From Candidatus Thermosaccharophagus tengchongensis (GTDB taxonomy: Bacteria > Armatimonadota > Fervidibacteria > Fervidibacterales > Thermosaccharophagaceae): a DNA stretch of 27,066 bases. Below, piece after piece: positions 1-8,709 of the stretch. The stretch is taken from assembly GCA_032161105.1 (NCBI GenBank), contig JAVHTD010000032.1; one strand, given 5' to 3'. The translations under genes were made by a program, and so were the position numbers. Within the stretch, counting starts at the first letter, position 1, and the number at the start of each line of letters is the position of its first letter. The notes below the pieces were generated by a model. That model had not been told where the DNA came from and did no database searches. It worked only from the letters and a program-made list of their open reading frames with translations.

Positions 1-312
1 GTGAACATGACGGCGGTGCTCCTGCTTGATGAGCGCGGCATCACTTACCGAGACAGGTATGTGAAAGTGAATTTGCCGTGGGAAGATGTTTGCGAACTGA
101 CGCTGCGCTGGATCAGGGGGAAGGGCGGGAAGACAATCTATTTCAAGCTTGGGCTGCACTCAATTGAAGGATGGGAAGAGCTGCAAAGGCTCGTCTTAGA
201 GAGAGCCTCCTTAAATGAAGTGGTGAAAAGGAGACTGCCGTTCGTCGGGGAGATAATAGTCCGTGCAAGGCGCTCAGCGGAATTAACCACAGCCGACGGC
301 GTGGAGGGTTAA
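1..312 (+). CDS. Hypothetical protein, probably 5'-truncated; possible bacterial PH-like domain
   Basis: Frame is open from base 1 to TAA at 310-312. LLLDERGITYRD...LPWEDV resembles bacterial PH-domain patterns. The true start is probably upstream of the window. Confidence 0.55.
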   Translation: MNMTAVLLLDERGITYRDRYVKVNLPWEDVCELTLRWIRGKGGKTIYFKLGLHSIEGWEELQRLVLERASLNEVVKRRLPFVGEIIVRARRSAELTTADGVEG

Positions 313-382
313 ATCCGATGCAGCAAACAGTTTCCACCTCGCCCACCTACTTGTCGCCCATTCACCCATCATGTTGCCGCGC

Positions 383-841
383 TTAGCGTTCGTTCCCTGA
401 CATCTTTTCGGCTTGCTTAGCATGCGCCCTCTGTAGCAACCTCAAAGCGCGCTTTGTCCTCCTGTCATCCGGTGATTGACGCATCATTTGAGACACAACG
501 GCGTGCGCCGCATCCAAGTTACCCAAAGCGATATATGAGCGTGCGAGGTGAAAATGCGCCTCCAAGAATGATGGCTCAAGCTGAATCACCTTTTCAAGCA
601 CCTGTGCTGCAGCGCCCCACCTGCGCAACATAATCAACGCCAAAGCGAGGTTGTAATGAGCTGCGGCATCCTCTGGATGTTCATTCACCCGTTTGCTGAA
701 CTGTTCAATCATCTCAACTATCGCCGGGTTGACTCCCTCACGCCCCTCATGCTCAAGCCTTGCGCCGCACATTGGGCAAAAGACCGCACTCTGCGGGACT
801 GGAGAGCCGCACACCTTGCAGGTGTCATTCCCGTTTCCCAT
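383..841 (-). CDS. Zinc-ribbon + TPR repeat protein (152 aa)
   Basis: CKVC-x10-CPMC zinc ribbon followed by TPR motifs (AAAHYNLALAL...AAQVLEKVIQLEP; AHFHLARSY). ATG at 841 has AGAGGGGAG upstream. The longer N-terminus in the ORF track is an antisense shadow of nadC. Confidence 0.85.
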   Translation of the reverse strand: MGNGNDTCKVCGSPVPQSAVFCPMCGARLEHEGREGVNPAIVEMIEQFSKRVNEHPEDAAAHYNLALALIMLRRWGAAAQVLEKVIQLEPSFLEAHFHLARSYIALGNLDAAHAVVSQMMRQSPDDRRTKRALRLLQRAHAKQAEKMSGNER

Positions 842-983
842 GTCGCCGTTCTCCCCTCTGAGACGAGAACGGAAAATGTTAGATGCATCTTCTCTTCGCT
901 GTGTCTTCGGCGAAGCGCATAATACGCTGTCAGCTTGCGAACGACATCGTTTGCGGGCAATCAACCCCATCATTGATGAGCCT

Positions 984-994
984 CGCGCTATACT
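984..994 (+). promoter_or_regulatory. Putative -10 element (CGCGC-TATACT) for nadC
   Basis: TATACT at 989-994 in the divergent intergenic region, about 85 nt before the nadC ATG. No good -35. Confidence 0.4.
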
Positions 995-1079
995 AAAGTT
1001 TACTGAAACCTTTCTGCAAAGTTTAATTCGCAACGCCGGTTGGAATTGCCATTTTCTCAAACGATGGGAGGAGCACAGG

Positions 1080-1979
1080 ATGTTGCCCCAGCTGGACGAA
1101 ATGTTAGTTGAAGAGCTGATTGAGGCAGCACTGAGTGAGGACATAGGCGATGGCGACATAACAACGGAGGCAGTGATTGATAACGACCTCATTGGCACGG
1201 CAGTCATCATCAGCCGTGAGGAGGGCTGTATTGCCGGATTGCCAATTGCAAAGCGCGTGTTTGAGAAGCTGGATCCGAAAATCCAGTTTGAAATGCTCGT
1301 GAAGGAAGGCGAGCGCGTGCAAGCCAATACACACCTTGCAAGGCTGCGCGGCAGAATCAGCTCCATACTCAAAGGTGAGAGAGTCGCCCTGAACTTCCTT
1401 CAACACCTTTCAGGGATAGCCACTTTAACTGCAAAGTTTGTTGAGCGCGCTTCCCCTTACGGAGTGACCATAACCGACACGCGTAAAACGACACCATGTC
1501 TTAGGGCGCTTGAGAAATACGCAGTTAGGGTTGGCGGCGGTTCAAACCATCGCTTTGGGTTGCACGATGCAATTCTGATCAAAGACAATCACATACGCGC
1601 TGTTGGGAGCATATCTGAGGCGATAAAGCGCGCTCGCAATTATGCCCCGAATGAGAAGATAGAGGTTGAAGCACAAACGCTTGACGATGTCCGAGAGGCG
1701 CTTGAAGCCGGCGCCGACATCATCATGCTGGACAACATGGACATTGAGACAATGAGGGAAGCCGTTAAGCTGATAGGTGGTAGGGCTATAGTTGAGGCGT
1801 CGGGAAACATCACATTGGAGAATGTGAGTGAGGTAGCCTCGTGCGGGGTCAATTTTATCTCGGTCGGAAAGATAACCCATTCGGCACCAGCGCTTGATTT
1901 GGCTTTGGATTTGCTCTCGGTTGAGCGAGGGGGCGGGGCGAACCATTGCGGCTCGTTGAATTGGCACACTGACATTTGA
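1080..1979 (+). CDS. nadC: Nicotinate-nucleotide pyrophosphorylase (quinolinate phosphoribosyltransferase)
   Basis: Motifs EDIGDGDITT, ERVALNFLQHLSGIAT, DTRKTTP, NHRFGL, LIKDNH, EVE, IMLDN, EASGNI. GGAGGAG RBS before ATG at 1080. Confidence 0.97.
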   Translation: MLPQLDEMLVEELIEAALSEDIGDGDITTEAVIDNDLIGTAVIISREEGCIAGLPIAKRVFEKLDPKIQFEMLVKEGERVQANTHLARLRGRISSILKGERVALNFLQHLSGIATLTAKFVERASPYGVTITDTRKTTPCLRALEKYAVRVGGGSNHRFGLHDAILIKDNHIRAVGSISEAIKRARNYAPNEKIEVEAQTLDDVREALEAGADIIMLDNMDIETMREAVKLIGGRAIVEASGNITLENVSEVASCGVNFISVGKITHSAPALDLALDLLSVERGGGANHCGSLNWHTDI

Positions 1980-1996
1980 ACGGAGCGCGCTATCCT
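1969..1996 (+). promoter_or_regulatory. Putative promoter of the tRNA pair
   Basis: CTGACA (1969-1974), 16-nt spacer, TATCCT (1991-1996), 26 nt before tRNA-Tyr. Confidence 0.35.
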
Positions 1997-2022
1997 TATT
2001 TTATGGCTGCGCAAAATGAAGT

Positions 2023-2111
2023 GCAGGGGTACCCAAGTCTGGCCAAAGGGGCGAGACTGTAAATCTCGTGGGCGCTGCCCTTCGGAGGTTCGAATCCTCC
2101 CCCCTGCACCA
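2023..2111 (+). tRNA. tRNA-Tyr (GTA)
   Basis: Acceptor GCAGGGG/CCCCTGC, anticodon arm CGAGA-CTGTAAA-TCTCG, long variable arm, T arm GGAGG-TTCGAAT-CCTCC, discriminator A, encoded CCA. Confidence 0.98.
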
Positions 2112-2121
2112 CAAATTTTAT

Positions 2122-2194
2122 GCCCCCGTAGCTCAGGGGTAGAGCGCCTTCCTGGTAAGAAGGAGGTTCCCGGGTTCAATTCCCGGCGGGGGCT
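2122..2194 (+). tRNA. tRNA-Thr (GGT), CCA not encoded
   Basis: Acceptor GCCCCCG/CGGGGGC, D arm GCTC/GAGC, anticodon arm CCTTC-CTGGTAA-GAAGG, T arm CCGGG-TTCAATT-CCCGG. Confidence 0.96.
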
Positions 2195-2346
2195 CATGCC
2201 ATCGCAATTTTCGAGGGTGACTTATGCAATCACAGTTTCCCCAAGTGATGGAGCCGCATTGTGTCACCATGTCTCATCCACGCTTGAGTTTGGTGATCGC
2301 AGAGAGTGAGTCTGAAGTGGCGTTGTGCTCGCAGAGGTGAAAGCTC

Positions 2347-2640
2347 ATGCGGCTCAGCCGTGAGGATGTCCTGCATGTGGCGTGGCTCGCCCGCCTTGAA
2401 CTTGATGATGACGAGGTTGAGCGCTTCACATGGGAACTCAACCAGATACTTGAGCACATGGAGAAGCTTAAGGAACTGGATGTCACCGATGTTGAGCCCA
2501 CATCGCATGTGATACCGATGGTGAATGTGTTTCGCGAGGATGTAGCGGGCAATCCGCTCCCAAGGGAAGAGGTGCTCGCAAACGCCCCGGATGCCACCGA
2601 GGAGGCATTCCGAGTCCCGAGAATTGTTGAGGAATCGTAG
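2347..2640 (+). CDS. gatC: Asp-tRNA(Asn)/Glu-tRNA(Gln) amidotransferase subunit C
   Basis: 97 aa; VLHVAWLARL, LDVTDVEPTSH, NVFRED, LANAP, FRVPRIV; GAGGTG RBS; lies upstream of gatA. Confidence 0.97.
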   Translation: MRLSREDVLHVAWLARLELDDDEVERFTWELNQILEHMEKLKELDVTDVEPTSHVIPMVNVFREDVAGNPLPREEVLANAPDATEEAFRVPRIVEES

Positions 2641-2777
2641 AGAGCCAGGGGCGGATGCTCAATGAGGCAATGGCATGAGCCATACAGAATCACTCCCTCG
2701 GTGGCGGCGCTTCCATCAAGCCTTTGAACAGCCTGCAGAGCCATCAAGCGCAAGTGAGCCTGAGAGGGTGGATTGGC

Positions 2778-4268
2778 ATGGAGCTATGGCAACTGACCAT
2801 ACATGAAGCGCATGAGTTGCTTGTGCGCAGAGAGCTGTCATCGGTTGAGCTGACAAAAGCGGTGCTTGAACGCATCTCACAGGTTGAAAAGCTCGTGAGA
2901 GCATTCATAACGGTCACAGATGATATAGCCATTGAGCAGGCAAAGGCAGCGGATGAGAGATTGAGGCGCAACGAGGATGTGACGCTGCTAACCGGCATCC
3001 CGATAGCCATCAAGGACAATATATGCACAAAGGGCATTCTGACGACCGCCGGCTCGCGCATACTTTACAACTTCAAACCGCCATATGATGCCACTGTGGT
3101 TGAGCGGCTCAAAAGAGCTGGCGCTGTGATAGTCGGCAAAACGAACCTTGATGAATTCGCCATGGGCTCATCAACTGAGAACAGCGGCTTCTTTCCGACA
3201 CGCAACCCATGGGATCTGACCAGGGTGCCGGGTGGCTCAAGTGGCGGCTCAGCAGCAGCTGTATCGGCGGGGGAGTGCCTTGGCGCACTCGGAAGCGATA
3301 CAGGTGGCTCAATAAGGCAGCCGGCCGCATTTTGTGGCACTGTGGGATTGAAGCCAACTTATGGGGTCGTCTCAAGGTATGGTCTCATTGCCTTTGCATC
3401 ATCGCTTGACCAAATCGGTCCGATAACCAAGGATGTGACGGATTGCGCAATCATACTTCAGTTCATTGCGGGGCATGATGCAAGGGATTCAACATCCATA
3501 AACATGCCCGTGCCAAACTACTTAGATGCGCTCATACCCGATGTGAAAGGGCTGCGCATAGGCATACCGAGGGAGTTCTTCGCACAGGGCATTGATGGGA
3601 GAGTGGCGGAAGCCGTCATGAATGGCATCAAGTTGCTCACCGAGATGGGCGCAGAGGCTGTGGAAGTTTCAACGCCGACCACTGACTATGCCCTCGCAGC
3701 ATATTACATCATTGCACCGGCTGAGGCGAGCTCAAACCTCGCACGATATGATGGTGTCCAATACGGCTACAGGTGTGAGCCAACGCCAAATGACATCGTT
3801 GCGATGTATTCGCGGGTGCGTAAGGAAGGCTTTGGTAGGGAAGTGAAGCACCGAATCATGCTCGGCACATACGCATTGAGTGCCGGCTACTACGAGGCGT
3901 TTTACCTTAGAGCGCAGAAGGTGCGCACCCTGATAAGGCGCGACTTTGAGAGGGCGTTTCAAATGTGCGATGTTTTGATAACGCCGACATCACCGACAGT
4001 GGCATTCAAGCTTGGTGAGAAAGTTGACGACCCCCTCCAAATGAAGCTATCGGATGTGTGCACAATACCGGTCAACATGGCAGGGCTGCCCGGAATATCG
4101 GTTCCGTGTGGCTTCCAAGATGGCTTGCCCATCGGGATGCAGATAATCGGCAAGCTGCTTGATGAGCCGACTGTGCTCAGGGTAGCATACGCATATGAGC
4201 AAGCAAGCGGCTTGCGAAATCTTCAACCGCCGTTAAAGGTGACCGCAGTTGGAGCTGAGGAACGATGA
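2778..4268 (+). CDS. gatA: Asp-tRNA(Asn)/Glu-tRNA(Gln) amidotransferase subunit A
   Basis: Amidase signature: [67 protein letters not shown] at 2778 follows GAGGGTGG. Confidence 0.98.
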   Translation: MELWQLTIHEAHELLVRRELSSVELTKAVLERISQVEKLVRAFITVTDDIAIEQAKAADERLRRNEDVTLLTGIPIAIKDNICTKGILTTAGSRILYNFKPPYDATVVERLKRAGAVIVGKTNLDEFAMGSSTENSGFFPTRNPWDLTRVPGGSSGGSAAAVSAGECLGALGSDTGGSIRQPAAFCGTVGLKPTYGVVSRYGLIAFASSLDQIGPITKDVTDCAIILQFIAGHDARDSTSINMPVPNYLDALIPDVKGLRIGIPREFFAQGIDGRVAEAVMNGIKLLTEMGAEAVEVSTPTTDYALAAYYIIAPAEASSNLARYDGVQYGYRCEPTPNDIVAMYSRVRKEGFGREVKHRIMLGTYALSAGYYEAFYLRAQKVRTLIRRDFERAFQMCDVLITPTSPTVAFKLGEKVDDPLQMKLSDVCTIPVNMAGLPGISVPCGFQDGLPIGMQIIGKLLDEPTVLRVAYAYEQASGLRNLQPPLKVTAVGAEER

Positions 4269-6520
4269 CGCAGTGACAGCGTCAAAGACGCAAGCGCTAA
4301 AAATGTGTAGCTTATTGTGACAACGAGCCCGGGCACAATAGCCAACGCACCGGTATCATTGAAGATGAGCATCCCCCATAACCCAACACATGAGAACAAA
4401 ATGGCACCCCAAGAAGCAGCTGCCAAATTGAATTTGAGTAACATGCCCAGCCTCGGCAGCGCAGCAGTCAGCGCCAATAGAGTGATGATGCTGATCAAGT
4501 AAAGCCGCTGCCCTTGAATGACCTCGGCATGCACGAGCACTCTGCGCACAGCGGCATCGTGTAGCGCTCTTAACCCATTTAGGCGAACCTGCATGAGCAG
4601 CTCACCAATGTGCGTGGTTACGCCCTTTCCCATCGCGAGTTCAAGAACACTCACAATCAGCGGCACGAAAAGCATGGATGCGACGATAGCGCACAAAGTC
4701 AGCATCCAATTGCCATTGCGCCACATGCGAGATGCGCTCAATCCAATCAGCGTCATCCCAATTGATACAGCGCCCCCGAAGTTTGCTCCAAGTGTTGGTG
4801 CGCCAACTGCAGTTATAGCGGCGAGGCTGAAGATGAGAGCAATGGCGAGCCTATACGCTCGCGTGGCTCTCAACGCAAGCAGCCATGAAAGCGTCAAAGC
4901 CGAAAACGGGATGAGCGCTCCAACAGCCTCATTGCCAAGCCCGTAAAAACGCCATCCGTTAATGGGAGTGTAAGTGATGAAGGAGTTGCGCAACAAGCCA
5001 TTCCCAAACGCACAATCAATCGCAACCAACGCAAACATTGCTGCACTAATGATGTTGGCGCCACGAATTGCACCAACAGCTGCACCAAGCGCTCCAAAGA
5101 GAATGCTTGCCGCGATGACAAACATCATGGCATGCACAGGTCCTTGGAACTCAAACGCGCCAGCGATAAACAGCGACATAGGTGTGGAGAAGCTCATCAG
5201 CGCCGTTAACTTTAACACCTGAAGGTGCAGCGGATTGCTGAATCTCAATGCGGCATTCATGCCGATTACAATGAGGGTGAGGATGCACAGCGTTACAACA
5301 CCGATAACTGCGCCGACATAACTTTTGAAGTGGCGCGTTACCCTCTCGCTCAACTTGAGCAGCGCACGGTGAGCATCGTCAACCTTGACGAAGCGAATCG
5401 CATGTCCAGTCATGTGGGATGGCGCTTTTAAACCGAGCTGATACAGCCAAGTGACAGCCAAATCCGTCGCCGAGACGATGCCGAGCAAATGTGTTGTCTT
5501 GGATGTGAGCAAGCCATTATCTGGCTGACCCAATGCTGCAACCAATGCCATTTCGCGCTTAAGCGCTGTCGGCGGCAATGGCGCAACCAGCCAAGCGAAC
5601 GCCCCGTTAGCATCGCACAGCTCAACGAGCATACGCATTACCTTGTCAATGTGGTTGAGCGCCAGTCGGCGCGCTTGTGGCGGCGCTTCAACAGCGCAAA
5701 GCGCATCGTCAATTTCAACGGCGACAAACCTGTGCCACATTATTGCTTTGCCGACGAGCTCTTTCAACTTGCGCTCATCCGTCAGCGGGATGAAAAGCCC
5801 TTTAAGCGATGTCAACCTGCAAAGCTCGTCATCAATGATACCGTGCCTTACGCATCCATCTTCATCGGTGAGCAAACAAACGCCGTAGTCTGACGGCTCG
5901 GTGAAAAAGTTCCTGCCACCAATGAATGCCGCCGTGACGCCACCAACCCGAAGCGCCCATCCCAACCCGCGAAGTGTGTCTGCGCCATTCAGCTGCGCAA
6001 TGTGTTTCCATCCGAGATGGACGATCTCACCCTTAGGCGCTTTGCCATAGATGCGCCTATAGGCATCTGCGGCTGACTCACCATTGACGCGCTCATTCAG
6101 GTTAAACGCACAGCTTGCCATCTCATCCCCAGCTGAGCGACAGCCGAGAGCCATCGTGACATAAACGCTGCCCTCCTTTCCCCTGCGCCTGCAATCGCTG
6201 CTCATCAGCCCAATTGGGCACTCACTCAATCGCCCGCTGAGATAGGGCATTTCAGATGACAGGGCATCAGCGAGCCTTAAGGCGTTGACGAGGATGACAA
6301 CAACACGCTCTGCCTTCGCGCCGTGATGCAGGGAATGCGCATTGACGACTTTGCTCCCGCCGAATGGAGAGCCAAACAAGTAAACGACAACGCGCTCTCC
6401 ACTTGCAATGGATGAGCGCATCTGCGCTGCGCTTGCACTGCTCTCACCGCAGAACACGAGCGCCATCAATGGAAATAACACACTTAGGGGAGCGGTGTGG
6501 CGAAATGACCTTCGCTTCAT
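4223..6520 (-). CDS. Large membrane protein: signal peptide, extracytoplasmic alpha/beta (alkaline-phosphatase-like?) domain and about 11-12 C-terminal TM helices
   Basis: 765 aa ORF with a hydrophobic N-terminus, about 370 aa soluble region, then many hydrophobic segments carrying polar loop motifs [24 protein letters not shown]. Its 3' end overlaps the gatA 3' end by 46 bp. Confidence 0.75.
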   Translation of the reverse strand: MKRRSFRHTAPLSVLFPLMALVFCGESSASAAQMRSSIASGERVVVYLFGSPFGGSKVVNAHSLHHGAKAERVVVILVNALRLADALSSEMPYLSGRLSECPIGLMSSDCRRRGKEGSVYVTMALGCRSAGDEMASCAFNLNERVNGESAADAYRRIYGKAPKGEIVHLGWKHIAQLNGADTLRGLGWALRVGGVTAAFIGGRNFFTEPSDYGVCLLTDEDGCVRHGIIDDELCRLTSLKGLFIPLTDERKLKELVGKAIMWHRFVAVEIDDALCAVEAPPQARRLALNHIDKVMRMLVELCDANGAFAWLVAPLPPTALKREMALVAALGQPDNGLLTSKTTHLLGIVSATDLAVTWLYQLGLKAPSHMTGHAIRFVKVDDAHRALLKLSERVTRHFKSYVGAVIGVVTLCILTLIVIGMNAALRFSNPLHLQVLKLTALMSFSTPMSLFIAGAFEFQGPVHAMMFVIAASILFGALGAAVGAIRGANIISAAMFALVAIDCAFGNGLLRNSFITYTPINGWRFYGLGNEAVGALIPFSALTLSWLLALRATRAYRLAIALIFSLAAITAVGAPTLGANFGGAVSIGMTLIGLSASRMWRNGNWMLTLCAIVASMLFVPLIVSVLELAMGKGVTTHIGELLMQVRLNGLRALHDAAVRRVLVHAEVIQGQRLYLISIITLLALTAALPRLGMLLKFNLAAASWGAILFSCVGLWGMLIFNDTGALAIVPGLVVTISYTFLALASLTLSLRHRSSAPTAVTFNGG

Positions 6521-6541
6521 GGGTCGCTTAGGGCTTGTCCA

Positions 6542-7168
6542 TCATCGCAGCAAAAATCTCAGCCTGAGCGCCCCGAGGACAAGCTCATCGCCATCATTCA
6601 ACTGATGCGGCACTTTCGGCTGTATGAATTTGCCGTTCAGCTTTGTGCCATTCGTGCTCTCCAAGTCCTCAACTGTGAACTGCCCGTTAGCGTATCGTAT
6701 GATGCAGTGCTTGCGTGATACACCCGCTTCGTATCCGCCATGTGGCGTAAGGTCAACATCGGGGAAGACCCTGCTGACTGGGTCTGCGCGCCCTATGAGC
6801 AACTCCGACTTCGTTCCAAAGTTAAGCTCTATTTCAACACCCTCATCCGTGACAAGCTTTGCCGCAACAGCTGGCGGCGCAACTGGCGGTTGTGCAACTT
6901 CAGCTGCAGGCGCTTCTGGGAGCGCTGCACCACAGTTCTCGCAGAAGCTGGCATCCTGCGGATTTTGGTGACCACAATTTTGGCAGACCTTTCCAACGGC
7001 AACTTGTTCCACCTCAGCTGATGGCACCCCCTGCGGTGCTGCTTGCTCCTCCTTTGGCACTTGTGGCGCCTGTGGGACAGCAACTCCGCTCAGCTCCGCA
7101 CCGCACTCATCGCAGAACAGTGCGCCATCTATGTTCTCAGTCCCGCATTGTGGGCATCTTATGCCCAT
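6542..7168 (-). CDS. Double zinc-ribbon + FHA domain protein
   Basis: Two CxxC-x10-CxxC ribbons (CPQC..CDEC; CQNC..CENC), Pro/Ala/Gln-rich linkers, FHA motifs IGR, SRKH, STNGT. Start is ATG 7168 or GTG 7171. Confidence 0.92.
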   Translation of the reverse strand: MGIRCPQCGTENIDGALFCDECGAELSGVAVPQAPQVPKEEQAAPQGVPSAEVEQVAVGKVCQNCGHQNPQDASFCENCGAALPEAPAAEVAQPPVAPPAVAAKLVTDEGVEIELNFGTKSELLIGRADPVSRVFPDVDLTPHGGYEAGVSRKHCIIRYANGQFTVEDLESTNGTKLNGKFIQPKVPHQLNDGDELVLGALRLRFLLR

Positions 7169-7183
7169 CACATCTCACCCCCG

Positions 7184-8476
7184 TCATTCACTCTGCGACC
7201 TTTCATCGCCCTCACGCGGCAGCTGCCGCGTCAGCCTTTGTGTCTCGTAGCGCAACCGCTTTGTGCCAGTTGAGGACATCCCCTCGCCCTGTTCAAGGCG
7301 CCTTGCCTCTTCAAGCGCAACTGTGGCAAGTTCCCTCTCGCCGAGATTTAGTAGGCGCGTTGCTGACTGGCGGAGCAATTGCGTGGCGCGTTGATAGTCA
7401 CCCGCCTTAGCAGCTTGTAGCGCCTGCGTCTGCAGCCTGAAGGCTGTAGCCTTTTCAACGAAGTTCATGACGCGCGCATTCACCTGCTTTGCCGCCGCCT
7501 CGTCGGCGGTATACTCAACGATGATGTCCGAGCGCATTTTTTCTCCGAACACATTCTTGCTCGGTATGTCGTAGCTAACCTCGGCTTGAGCGAGCCTGTA
7601 TCTTCCGGGTGGCTTGGGCGGTATTGTCAACTCAACGAGCACCGCCTGCCCGATATCCCTTTCCAAATCGCCAAGCGATACTTGCACATCCCTATCGGAG
7701 AGCGGCTGGTAGCCCAAGTTGGATATGAGCGGTAGGACACGCCAAACTTGCCTCGGTGAGACACCTTGAACAAGCCTCAAAGTCAAATAGGCGTTCTTTG
7801 CGACCGTGCCCTTCATGCTGCGAAGCACATCTTGGAAGTGCGTCAGTATTTGGCTTGGCTCACTGATGAACTCGGAGAAGCCACCGCTGTATTTTGTCGC
7901 TTCCGCTATCTCGTCAAGCAGCTCCTCATTCCAATCCTCACCCAATCCGAATGCGACAACTGGTATTCCGAGCTCTTGGCACTCCTTCGCTATGCGAACG
8001 CACTCATCTTCGTCTCCGAATGTTTGACCGTCGGTCAAGAGCACCATTCGGCTCACCATTGCCGGAGAGATGTTTTTGCGCAGCTCGCTCAAGCCGAGCC
8101 TCATCCCCTTTGACATCTCCGTCCCGCCCCTGTCAGTGATCCTGTCAACGAGGCGTTTCAAGCCATTTATGTCGGTTGCATGTTGGCTTGGAACGAGCAC
8201 TTCCGCCCTGTCATCAAAGATCACGATGGAGATAATGTCGCTTGGCTCAAGCTGTTCAATGACGAGCTTTACAGCCTCCCTCAGCTTCTCAATCTTCTCA
8301 CCAGCCATTGAACCGCTCCTGTCAAGGACGAACGAGAGATTGAGCGGCATGCGCTCACCCTCACCGGCACCAACCGGAATCACCTCAATCAGCAGGTAGC
8401 ATAGCTGAGGGCTTTGTGTGGCGAGCACCCTATCCCTTGCGAGTGTGCATTGTAACTTCACAACCTGTTCCATCAT
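7184..8476 (-). CDS. von Willebrand factor A (vWA) domain protein, YfbK/CLCA-homologue type
   Basis: MIDAS DRSGSM, GGT and LLTDG; Ig-like segment and helical C-terminus; GGAGGTG RBS 8 nt before ATG 8476; no signal peptide. Confidence 0.92.
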   Translation of the reverse strand: MMEQVVKLQCTLARDRVLATQSPQLCYLLIEVIPVGAGEGERMPLNLSFVLDRSGSMAGEKIEKLREAVKLVIEQLEPSDIISIVIFDDRAEVLVPSQHATDINGLKRLVDRITDRGGTEMSKGMRLGLSELRKNISPAMVSRMVLLTDGQTFGDEDECVRIAKECQELGIPVVAFGLGEDWNEELLDEIAEATKYSGGFSEFISEPSQILTHFQDVLRSMKGTVAKNAYLTLRLVQGVSPRQVWRVLPLISNLGYQPLSDRDVQVSLGDLERDIGQAVLVELTIPPKPPGRYRLAQAEVSYDIPSKNVFGEKMRSDIIVEYTADEAAAKQVNARVMNFVEKATAFRLQTQALQAAKAGDYQRATQLLRQSATRLLNLGERELATVALEEARRLEQGEGMSSTGTKRLRYETQRLTRQLPREGDERSQSE

Positions 8477-8709
8477 GCCATTGGCACCTCCAAGACAACA
8501 TCCTCCCTTTGGCATGGGACGGGCAAGATGAGAGCATTCCTGCAGGCGCTGATGAGCATTGCCAAGCAAACTGTGACATGCACGGTTCACAATTCATTTT
8601 GCGACGATGCATATTCAATGTTAAGAACAAACGGCGCTGGTTCAAATCAATTCAGCTCAGAGGCATAATTCAAATGTCGGCTTCCAAGCGCCTGTCAGGG
8701 TGAAACGAG

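Noticed and set aside
693..1372. Long N-terminal extensions of nadC (693-1079) and of the TPR ORF (842-1372) in the ORF track
   Set aside because: They are mutual antisense read-through; both genes have clear RBS-supported internal ATG starts (1080 and 841).
2164..2169. 6-nt variable loop (AGGTTC) in tRNA-Thr
   Set aside because: One base longer than usual, but all stems pair perfectly; probably ordinary variation.
2112..2346. tRNA 3' ends as an integration site, or a T-box before gatC
   Set aside because: No integrase and no duplicated tRNA 3' end were seen, housekeeping genes follow directly, and no T-box GGTGGnACC motif is present.
8572..8591. TGTGA-N10-TCACA upstream of the vWA gene, CRP-like
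   Set aside because: The spacer is 10 nt rather than 6; it could be chance.
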